From NCBI GenBank assembly GCA_951406725.2, contig OX597823.1, positions 61,752,001 through 61,816,000 of the forward strand: 64,000 nt of DNA, written 5' to 3'. Position 1 is the stretch's first letter; each line of letters begins with the position of its first letter. The position numbers and the translations under genes are program-made. The DNA is from Octopus vulgaris. Lineage: Eukaryota. Below are positions 1 through 10,561 of the stretch, piece after piece. The notes below the pieces were generated by a model. It did no database searches and was not told the origin of the DNA. It worked only from the letters and a program-made list of their open reading frames with translations.

Positions 1-70
1 CATGAAATCAGACGAAAAACCGCGAAGCATTTCCTCCAGCCTGCTAACATTTCTGCCAGCTCACCGCCTT
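1..70 (-). mobile_element. 5' head of tRNA-derived SINE (family A), cut by window edge
   Basis: Reverse complement reads aaggcggtgagctggcagaaatgttagca..., the same head as the copies at 857, 46706, 48061 and 48904. Confidence 0.8.
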
Positions 71-734
71 ACTCCAACCAGGAATTGAAAATAAGAACTA
101 CATATTCCTTTTTGAAAACAAGGCAGACTGAAGAAATCAACAACTTCGACATTCAACCAGTAAGTAGTGCAGCCAGTGAGAGGCTATGGGGTCGATTTTA
201 GGCCTGTTGTATAAGCCTGTACCAGTCAGGTGGCTATAGCAGGGTTGGGGGCAGCAAACTGAAATGCTGCCTTGGGTGGACACACACTCAAACTATGCCA
301 CAGCATTCACATGATGTACCACATGCTATGGGGTGCCATCAGGGCTGTTTAAGCAGCATTATAGGTCCCTGTGCAAATCTATACTTTAAGCCTGATTGTA
401 TATATTTATTAACAGTAACTACAACATACATAGATCAAAATTAGGTCCCTTGACTTGTAAGGTATCTGAGCAAATGCCCAATGTGCCAATGCCTTAAGAT
501 GGCACTAGGTGGTATGCTACATCTTTTACTTGTTTTAGTCATTAGACTGTGACTATGCTGGTGTATCACCTTCAAGAGTTTTTAGTGAACTGAATGGACC
601 CCAGTCCTTTCTGTTTTAAGCCTGGAATTTTTTCTATCAGTCTCCAATTTATGGGGACATAAACACACTAAAGTCGGTTGCCAAGTGGTGGAGCAGGGAG
701 ACAAACACAGACACAAAGAAACACATATATATAT

Positions 735-853
735 GCTTACGGCCATATCATGTTGAAAGCACCGGTTCTCGTCCGATCACTGAAGTTAAGCATCATCGAG
801 CCGAGTTAGTACTTAGATGGATGACCACTTGGGAAACCTAGGTGCTGTAAGCA
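735..853 (+). rRNA. 5S rRNA copy (dispersed, probably retroposed or pseudogene)
   Basis: 119 nt GCTTACGGCCATATC...CTCGTCCGATCACTGAAGTTAAGC...TTAGTACTTAGATGGATGACC...GGTGCTGTAAGCA with complementary ends (GCTTAC/GTAAGC) and the eukaryotic 5S internal control region. No oligo-T terminator follows. Confidence 0.92.
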
Positions 854-856
854 ATG

Positions 857-1088
857 AAGGCGGTGAGCTGGCAGAAACGTTAGCACGTCGGGCGAAATGC
901 ATAGCCGTATTTCGTCCGCTGTTACGTTGTGAGTTCAAATTCCACCAAGGTCGACTTTGCCTTTCATCCTTTCAGGGTTGATAAATAAAGTACCAGTTAC
1001 GCACTGGGGTCGATGTAATCGACTTAATCCCTTTGTCTGTCCTTGTTTGTCCCCTGTATGTTTAACCTTTTGTGGGCAGTAAAGAAAT
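857..1088 (+). mobile_element. tRNA-derived SINE, family A (full length)
   Basis: A box (AGCTGGCAGAAACGTT), B box (GAGTTCAAATTCC), central GCCTTTCATCCTTTC..GATAAATAAAGTACCAG block, 3' end ...TGTGGGCAGTAAAGAAAT. About eight near-identical copies in the window. Confidence 0.88.
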
Positions 1089-1391
1089 ATATATATATTT
1101 AATTAGAGGATATGTTAACCTCATGAAGAGATGGTTGCATCCAAGGAAATACTAGTTCAATACCTAGTATTGTTGTGAAATGAAATTCACTTCAAACAGT
1201 TTATATCTAGTTAAAAGAAGAAAGGAAATAAGGAGTTTAACAACTATTTATTGCTAGCAGAGATACCTGGCGTTGCTTGGGATTAAAACGGCATAGTTTC
1301 TTACAGTTCTATATTAAAGAGATGAGGAATTTTGTACATTATTTACATCATTTATATTAGACGGATATTTGTCCTCATCTTGTTTGTTGTT

Positions 1392-1437
1392 AACACAACG
1401 TTTCAGCTGATATACCCTCCAGCTTTCATCAGGTGTC
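1392..1437 (-). ncRNA. Minimal type-I hammerhead ribozyme (PLE pLTR)
   Basis: Minus strand: GACAC CTGATGA A AGCTG gagggtatat CAGCT GAAA CG TT GTGTT. Intact core, stem I GACAC/GTGTT, stem II AGCTG/CAGCT, palindromic ACGT stem III. Confidence 0.85.
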
Positions 1438-1631
1438 TTGGAGAAATTTTGTACCTGGATTCTCATTCCTAAGGTATTATTATTATCATTATAATTATTA
1501 TTGTTGTTCAGGTCACTACTTGGAATCGAACTCGGAATCTTGTGGTTAGTAGCCTGCACTCTTAACCACTATGCCATATACCCATGGGCAATTATGGAGT
1601 GAATTTTAGGGCTTATAAATTTAATATTCCC

Positions 1632-1952
1632 ATCCCATGAAGCTGTGGTAGGTTATACAAAGGTGAAACATGCCGTCCCCTCAAAATAAGGGTAGATGAA
1701 CATCGCAAAGATGTGACACAAGGAGATATTGATAAATCAGATATAGCTGATCATGTATGGAAAAATGCAGATCACCTCCCACTGTGGGATGAAGTTAGAA
1801 TAATAGACAGAGAACACCACTGGAAAATACGAAAACTAAAAGAAGCAGCACATATGCTAGGACACAACAACCGCCTAAGCAGACCAAGTACAGATATGAG
1901 CTGTATATGGGAACCGGTATTAAGAAAAGATAGAAAAATATTAGATTTATAA
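1632..1952 (+). pseudogene. GIY-YIG endonuclease C-terminal fragment of a Penelope-like retroelement
   Basis: Extending ORF 1713-1952 upstream gives IP*SCGRLYKGETCRPLKIRVDEHRKDV...KSDIADHVW...WDEVRIIDREHHWKIRKLKEA, matching the PLE CxC-YIG-ET-R-R-EH pattern with one in-frame stop. Confidence 0.85.
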
Positions 1953-2176
1953 GCCCTAAAATTCACTCCATAATTGCCCACGGGCATATGGCATAGTGGT
2001 TAAGAGCGAGAGTGGGCCACTAACCCCAAGATTCTGAATTCGATTCCAAGCAGTGACCTGAACAACAATAATAATAATAATAATAATAATTATAATAATT
2101 ATAATAATTATAATAATAATAATAATGAAATCAAAAAATACCTTGGGAATGAGAACCCAGGTTCAAAATTTCCCAA

Positions 2177-2217
2177 GACACCTGATGAAGGCTGGAGGGT
2201 ATATCAGCCGAAACGTA
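2177..2217 (+). ncRNA. Hammerhead ribozyme copy truncated at the cleavage site
   Basis: GACAC CTGATGA A GGCTG gagggtatat CAGCC GAAA CG TA. Homology to the other pLTR stops here and the 3' strand of stem I is missing. Confidence 0.75.
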
Positions 2218-2374
2218 TGGCAGCATTCATCAACTTTAATGAGGAGACCATCCAGAAGAGTTACAGGAAATTCTGAAGTCATCTGGTTGAAGCCAATGGC
2301 GATTTTATTGAATAAAATTACTCTTTAATATTTCAAGACATTTTTATGTAATTTTGGTAAATACATGTGTTAAA

Positions 2375-2672
2375 GGAGGCACAATGGCCCAGTGGTCAGG
2401 GCAGCGGACTCACGGTTGTTGGATCGTGGTTTTGATTCCCAGACCGGGTGTTGTGAGTGTTTATTGAGCGAAAACACCTAAAGCTCCACGAGGCTCTGGC
2501 AGGGGGTGGTGGCGATCCCTGCTGTACTCTTTCATCACAACTTTCTCTCACTCTTTCTTCTGTTGGCCAGCTTGCTTAGTGTCATTTGAAGGCTAAAATA
2601 ATGCAAAGTGCATTGTGACCAGCGATGTGTAACAACATCTGATAGCCAGGTCGGTCACAGTGATCATGGTGA
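2375..2672 (+). mobile_element. tRNA-derived SINE, family C
   Basis: GGAGGCACAATGGCCCAGTGGTCAGGGCAGCGGACTC...GGTTTTGATTCCC A/B boxes; second copy at 37812. Confidence 0.8.
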
Positions 2673-2734
2673 TATCTGTTAAAATGAGATGTCAGTGTTA
2701 TTTTTGTGTAATTTAGACAATTTATTCACCATAC

Positions 2735-3272
2735 TAGTGGAAAGAAGCTGTGGAAGGAGACCCAAGAAGTCGTAGGATGCGGTGGCGATGCCTGGTCTTT
2801 GAACACTAGGCTCATGGAGGCAATGACTAGTGACCAAACCTTTGGAGATATGCTGTGCTTGAAAAGACCTGTCAAGCCAAGTGAAATCATAGCTGTAGCC
2901 ATTTTCGGTGTCACATAACTGGTACCCATGTCAATGGCACATAGAAAGCACCTTTAGAGTGCTGGGCCTCATGGATGCAATGACAAATGACGGAGACCTT
3001 TGGCAATATGTTGTGCTTCAGAAGAAGAACCATCAAGCCAAGTAAAATCATAGTCATGGCAGATTCTGGTATGATACAAATGGCACCTGTGCCAGTGACA
3101 TATAAAAGCACCCATTACATTCTCGGAGTGGTTAGCATTAGGAAGGGTATCCAGCCATAGAAACCATGCCAAATCAGACTGGAGTCTGGTGCAGCTCCTC
3201 AGCTTAACAGCCCTGGTCAAACCATCCGACCCATGTCAGCAAGGACAATGGGCACTAAATGATGATGATGAT
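2735..3272 (+). mobile_element. RTE-clade LINE 3' end and 3' UTR ending in (GAT)n
   Basis: Shares GGCATTAGGAAGGGCATCCAGC...AAACC.TCCAACCCATG...(GAT)n with the tail attached to RTE coding sequence at 17178-17982. Confidence 0.7.
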
Positions 3273-4723
3273 GTATAAGTGTGTGTGTGTGTGTGTTTGT
3301 GTGTTAGTCTCCTGACGTGACATGATGACTGTAAATGAGAATCACTATCATGCAAGTGATGTCATTCATTTCTAGTCTTCTATAGAAAACATGTTTGGCC
3401 ATGTGAAATATTATTGTCTTGCTTGGGAAGAGGTGAGAGTAGGTAACTGGTAGAACAAGTGACTGTAGAAATTCTGCCTCAACTAAATTCATCTGATCCA
3501 TTCAAGCATGAGAAGGTGAACACTAAATGATGATGACGATGACAACAATACATGTATGGACACAGAAATTCAGATTGCTCAGTGCACCAGTAACATTGGG
3601 CCTTCCTGGTTGTATAAGGTTAACCCTACATCTGGATCATTAGCAACCCTACATCTTGATCATTAACAGGTATAAAAATGGCTAAATTATAGCTTCAGAT
3701 AACCCAGGGAAGCTATTTTTCACTCACATAATATATTGTATTATTCAATGTCTGTTTTCCAAAATACATTTATGCCAGATTAAAAAAAGTATTATTAATC
3801 TGTTAATACAAACTTCCGAGCTGATCACAAGACATACAGTTTACATCTGAACTACAATGTTCAGTGTTCAATAAATGCTAATTACTATAACATAGTAATT
3901 GCTTACATTAGCTACAGAGTCACTAATATGTAAGAGGTGTAGACTTAATTGAATTAATCCTTAGATAAGCCTGATATTTATTTTATCAACATCACACCGG
4001 CATAGAACAAAAGAAAGCTTGACAAGATTTCAACATAACCCCTTAGCATTCAAATTACTCTATCAAATGTAATTTTTGTTTTATTCACGTAGCTTTTAAT
4101 TAATCATGCATTATCCTTGTTGCTTTGAGATTTTGATGATGTGATTGTATATATATTTTAAAATGACATTGTAGGGTTGGTGTGATAAGCTGGATCTGGT
4201 TAATTTCAACATAAGACAAGTTTGGGTTGGATATGGCTGGTTTAAATGTTAAAAGGTTAAAACAAAAAGAAACGGAACTGAAAACTGTTGGGCACTGATC
4301 CACTTTTCTGTCTGCCATTCCAACTTCCTAACATTCCATTCTTAACAAGTCACCATGCATGTGTGTGTGCACAGATATATCCAGTATATGTAACAGAGAC
4401 GGTATTTAATTAAAATATTCATTTGTATAGCATACTTATTGTATACACATTATCGATAGTCCCACCTACTGCAGAATTTGTCCAGAAATAGCATCTCTTA
4501 TGGACTTATTGTGTTAAAAAACACAATCAATATCAGAGAGAGAGGAAAATTTGTTTCAGCAGTGACCAGTGAGAGCACCAGCTGCATTTCAGCTTTTGTG
4601 GACCTTTTCTTACACATAAAAACACCATTCATTCCTACACACACACAAACATACACATAAACACATCACATACACACTCTACAAATACATGTGTGTATGC
4701 ATATGTATATACATAACTCATGC

Positions 4724-4764
4724 ATACATACATACATATATACATACATACATACATACATACA

Positions 4765-4798
<34 letters not shown>

Positions 4799-4853
4799 CA
4801 TACATACATATATACATACATACATACATATGCATACACACACATACATACAT
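4724..4853. repeat. (TACA)n microsatellite
   Basis: Direct inspection. Confidence 0.95.
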
Positions 4854-4854
4854 T

Positions 4855-5178
4855 TAACTGGCACTCTTTTGGCTATGACGACCACAGTTCTAGTTGATCC
4901 AAGCAACAGAACAGCCTACTCAAAAATCAATGTGCAAGTGGCTGAGAACTCCACAAACACATATACGCTTAAAGTAGTTCTCAGAACATTCAGTGTGACC
5001 CAGAATATGACAGGGTGGGTCATTTGAAATACTGCTACTATATATTTTTTGCCAGCTGAGTGGACAGGAGCAATGTGAAATAAAGTGTCTTGCTCAAGGA
5101 CACGATACACCTCCGGGTATTGAACTTACAACCTAATGACTGTGAGGTGAATACCCTGATCAATTAGCCACATACTCT
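4855..5178 (-). mobile_element. Diverged tRNA-derived SINE (GTGTCCTTGAGCAAGACACT type)
   Basis: Minus strand has a tRNA-like head (GTGGCTAATTGATC...GTTCAATACCC) followed by GTGTCCTTGAGCAAGACACTTTATTTCACATTGCTCC. Related fragments lie near 21900 and 28900. Confidence 0.6.
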
Positions 5179-5578
5179 TACTCTTTTACTTGTTTCAGTC
5201 AGTTGACTGTGGCCATGCTGGAGCACCGCCTTTAGTCGAACAAATCGACCCCAGGACTTATTCTTTGTGAGCCTAGTACTTATTCTATCAGTCTCTTTTG
5301 CCAAACCGCTAAGTTACGGGGATGTAAACAACCAGCATTGGTTGTCAAGCAATGTTGGTGGGACAAGCACAGACATACAAACATATATACACACACACAT
5401 ATATATATATACATATATACGATGGGCTTCTTTCAGTTTCCGTCTACCAAATCCACTCACAAGGCTTTGGTCAGCCTGAGGCTATAGTAGAAGACACTTG
5501 CCCAAGGTGCCACACAGTGGGACTGAACCTGGAACCATATGGTTGGTATGCAAGCTACTTACCACACAGCCACTCCTA
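5179..5578 (-). mobile_element. tRNA-derived SINE, family B (internal TA/CA microsatellite)
   Basis: Head TAGGAGTGGCTGTGTGGTAAG...GGTTCAGTCCCAC.G.GTGGCACCTTGGGCAAG; tail ...GACTGAAACAAGTAAAAGAGT. Near-identical copies at 39052 and 55724. Confidence 0.88.
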
Positions 5579-5713
5579 CATATATACATACATACATACA
5601 TACATACATACATACATACATACATACATACATACATACATACATACATACATACACTGAACTATTGAGACATTTGTAGTTACTCTATCCAAATTACAAG
5701 TTCAGGTTTATAC

Positions 5714-5831
5714 CTGCAATCATTTGGACACTAGGATATGTAACATACAGCCTAAATACCAATCTTGAGAAATTAAGCTTCTCAAAACCAGAAAGGTGAA
5801 AACTCATTTGACGACTACAGATCCAAGCCAT
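5714..5831 (-). CDS. Candidate first coding exon of an unidentified minus-strand host gene
   Basis: Unique sequence; acceptor ttttacag before 5839, ATG at 5831, MAWICSRQMSFHLSGFEKLNFSRLVFRLYVTYPSVQMIA, donor CAG|GTATAA after 5714. No homology recognised. Confidence 0.4.
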
Positions 5832-6633
5832 CACTGGAACTGTAAAACTCTGTAAAACTTTCCAGAAGTTTCTCATTTAATTATATATGAGCATGTCTAG
5901 ATATGCAACTATATACATGAGAATACATTCATGAAACAAAAGATACAAATCTGCACATATACATACATACATACATATATACAAAAATACTCTGTTGATA
6001 TTGTTAAAATTCCAATGAAGGAGCCCTGGATCTAGGTTAGAAACCAGCTCTTTCTCTATTGGCAAGAAATTTTGAAATAAAACTGAATAATGACATACAT
6101 ACATACATACATACTTATGTACACACACACACACATGCATGCATGCATGCATGTGATATGTAGTATATAGAGAGGCAGGCAAGATTGTTATAATAGATGA
6201 AGTTTTAATGTCATCATCCCAGAGTTAACACTTATGCAGGGTCCTTGCATAGCAGGTCTGCACTCACAGCTATGTGATTCCAATGAAAATTTTCTTAACC
6301 AAAGAGCTAAGAGAATATTTTGCCTATCAAAAATGAAAGATAAAAATTTGCATTTAAATACTGCATTAATATCTGAAATTCCTGAGTGGACACTAAAGCA
6401 ATCAGTTAATTAATCTAGCAGATAAATGGTACAATAACAGCAGTGGATAATTTTAGGTCATTAGATATGTTGGTCAGTGGGGTGGAAGAGCAAGTGGAGG
6501 AGGTAAGGAGCAGTGGTGTGCACAATGAAGTAGTGTAATGAACTTTAGTATGTATAGCATAAGAAAGGCATTTATATGCTAATAGTTATACATTACAAGA
6601 TATATAAATGCTTGTGTATGTATGTGTGTGTGT

Positions 6634-6674
<41 letters not shown>

Positions 6675-6759
6675 GACAGACAGATAGATAGATGTATACA
6701 TATATACTTATATGTATTTGCATGCTTATGCATTTTTGCATACACACACATTATATATG

Positions 6760-6806
<47 letters not shown>

Positions 6807-6986
6807 CATCATCATCATCGTCGTATCCGTTTTCCATGCTATGGGTTGGATACTGGGGTCTGTGAAGCCAGAAGGCTTCATCAGGCCCAGTCAAATCTGG
6901 CAGTGTTTCTACGGCTGGATGCCCTTCCTAACGCCAACCACTCCGTGAGTGTAGTGGGTGCTTACGTGCCACACGCACAGGTGCCA

Positions 6987-7065
<79 letters not shown>

Positions 7066-7246
7066 CAATGGCCAGTAGGCGCAATGCCTAACCACTAAGC
7101 CACGCGCCCTCACCATACATACATACATATGTACACACACACACACACACATATGCACGTATATATAGACAATCCTTCGTTGTTGGTATACAGTCATTAA
7201 ACAACACTCTGTAGACCAATATCGAAGAACTGGTGAGCATATATGC

Positions 7247-7815
<569 letters not shown>

Positions 7816-7870
7816 CAACTATTTACATATCTATACATACACACACAATGTACAATTCTATCACAATCAA

Positions 7871-7923
<53 letters not shown>

Positions 7924-7949
7924 TAATAATAATAATGATAATAATAATG

Positions 7950-8022
<73 letters not shown>
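7871..8022. repeat. (AAT)n microsatellite
   Basis: Direct inspection. Confidence 0.95.
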
Positions 8023-8194
8023 TAGGTGTCAAAAAACGCAAGCGTAAATTTTAATAAATCTTACTGTCGGGTCCCTGAAAGAGTTGCCAGGTATAAACGG
8101 TAAACCCTCCATCGTTTTGATATAAAATAAGGAGAATAGAAACTTCTTCAAAGAAGACGGGTTTGAAAATAAACTCTACATATGTTCTCTACAC

Positions 8195-8224
8195 CGGTTA
8201 CTAGGTAACCGTTGCCATGGCTAA
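8195..8224. promoter_or_regulatory. Two adjacent RFX X-box-like motifs in a CpG-rich candidate promoter
   Basis: GTTACTAGGTAAC (inside the palindrome CGGTTAC-TAG-GTAACCG) and GTTGCCATGGCTAA resemble the X-box GTNRCC(N0-3)RGYAAC. The surrounding 8040-8560 is repeat-free, CpG-retaining and has a GC-box-like CCCCGCGCC at about 8532. Confidence 0.6.
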
Positions 8225-8928
8225 TAAATATTATACACACGCTACTTTTCTTAGTTACCTGCCTTAGAACCCCCCAAATTAAACGTTTAGCGTTGTTGTG
8301 GAATACAGACTACAGTATATTAAATATTTCTATGACAAATGCAAAGGATTTGGTGGTATTTTTCTTTAATCTTATTTTTGGTCCTTGTTCCTTTGTATTT
8401 GTTCTATCCCTTAAACACTTGTTAGTTTTTATTGAAGATTTTTTCCGAAACTTTTATATATTTCTTTGGCTGCCGGTAGATTAAAATGTATTTCTTAGAC
8501 CAATAATATTATTTTTATTTATGAGAAATCGCCCCGCGCCGATACAGATTATCACTTCTAATCAGATAAGAATTTAATAGTTATGTCGAATATAGATTGC
8601 ATTAAGCTTCTGGATGAAATAAATTGAAGAATTCATTGTATTTTTAAAAAGTTCTATATTCACAAAGGAAAATATTTACCGATGTTTGATATAAGGGAGG
8701 TAATTGCGATTGACTTATTTGGAAATTAAATGTTAGTAGTGCTCGAGATTTATTGATCAACCGTACATAAGAATGTGTGTGTGTTTCGTGACACTCACAC
8801 GCGTTCATACATACATACATACATACATACATACATACATACATACATACATACATACATACATGCATGCATACATACATACATACATGCATGCATGCAT
8901 ACATACATACATACGTTCGTACGCACAC

Positions 8929-8960
<32 letters not shown>

Positions 8961-9287
8961 GAATGCGCGCGCGCGCGTGCGTACGAGCGTGCATGCGTGT
9001 GCGTGTGAGCGTATAAATATATCTTTTATTCTTTACTTGGTTCAGTCATTAGATTGCAACCATACCTGGGTACCGCCTGGAAAATTTTTTGTCGAATACA
9101 TCGACCTCAGTATTTATTTTTTCGTAAATCCTGGTACTTATTCCCTCGGTTTCTTTTGCCGAACCGGTAAGTTACGGAGGGTGGGGGTAAACACACCTAT
9201 ACTGGTTGTCAAGCAGTACTAGGAAACAATCACACACACACACACACACAGACTTACGTATGTTGACAGACAGACAGACAGATAGAC

Positions 9288-9335
<48 letters not shown>

Positions 9336-9336
9336 T

Positions 9337-9386
<50 letters not shown>

Positions 9387-9407
9387 CAGATAGACACATA
9401 GATAGAT

Positions 9408-9700
9408 AAGTTTCTTTATTGGCCACACAAGGCTGCACACAGATGGGACAAGTTACAAGGTAGAGCTTTTCTTTTATGGGAGAAAAAAAAAAGGTGGCGT
9501 AGGTTTTCGATCAAAAGGGATCGTAAAAGGGAAAAAAGAACGAAAAAAAGAAAAAAAAAGGAAAAGAAAAATAGAAAAAAGGGAAAAGGAACAAAAGAAA
9601 AGAAAAATGAAAAAAGAGGAAAAAAGGGGAAGAGGAAAATAACAATCAATAAGGATCGTGTATCACAGTGTCATGATGTATGGTGTAAAGGGGAAAGCAA
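9408..9700 (-). mobile_element. 3' end of an unidentified retroelement inserted in (GATA)n
   Basis: Minus strand is pyrimidine-rich and ends ...GCAGCCTTGTGTGGCCAATAAAGAAAC. It is flanked by GATA repeats on both sides, inside a family-B SINE. Confidence 0.55.
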
Positions 9701-10183
9701 GTAAGATAGATAGATAGATAGATAGATAGAAAGGACTTCTTTCAGTTTCCACCTGCCAAATCCCCTCACAAGGCTTTTGTTGGACCAAGGCTATAGTAGA
9801 AAACACTTACCCAAGGTGTCACACAGTGGAACTGAACCTGGAACCATATGGTTCACACACACATATGATGATGAGGATGATGATATAGGTGCATGTGTGG
9901 CTGTATGGTAGGAAGTTTGCTTCCTAACCTCATGATTCTGGGTTCAGTCCCACAGCATGGCACCTTAAGCAAGTGTCTTCATCAATCGTTCTGCATTGAC
10001 CAAATCCTTGTTTAGTGGATTTGGTAGAGAAAAAATGAAAGAAGCCTATAATGTGTACACAACCAAAATATCCTGTCTGATATTTCGACTCTCACCAACC
10101 ATAGGCCAGAACCACAGACATTACCAAACCCCACATGGGGCATAACTTTTCCAGTACCTGATTCTATCAGAATCCTCATTTTA

Positions 10184-10267
<84 letters not shown>

Positions 10268-10304
10268 GCACACATGCACACACAAACACATGCACACACA
10301 CACA

Positions 10305-10335
<31 letters not shown>

Positions 10336-10346
10336 TTATCAATCTG

Positions 10347-10379
<33 letters not shown>

Positions 10380-10528
10380 CCAGTGCCGCTGGACTGGCTC
10401 CTATGCAGGTGGCACATAAAAAACACCACTTGAGCATGGCTATTGCTAGTACCGCCTGACTGGCCCTCGTGCAGGTGGCACGTAAAAGCACCCACTACAC
10501 TTTCGGAGTGGTTAGTGTTAGGAAGGGC

Positions 10529-10530
<2 letters not shown>

Positions 10531-10561
<31 letters not shown>

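Larger units (their letters stand above)
1308..2217 (+). mobile_element. 5'-truncated Penelope-like element with inverted pseudo-LTR
   Basis: GIY-YIG endonuclease C-terminal fragment at 1630-1952. 1938-2216 is repeated in inverted orientation at about 1398-1628. Both copies contain a hammerhead core. Confidence 0.85.

Noticed and set aside
1095-1250. Possible decayed hammerhead (CATGAAGAGATGG...TTCAAACAGTTTA) with a small AATACTAG/CTAGTATT hairpin
   Set aside because: Core too degenerate and stems not assignable.
1982-2060. tRNA-like sequences here and at SINE heads as functional tRNA genes
   Set aside because: No complete cloverleaf or terminator; they continue into repeat bodies.
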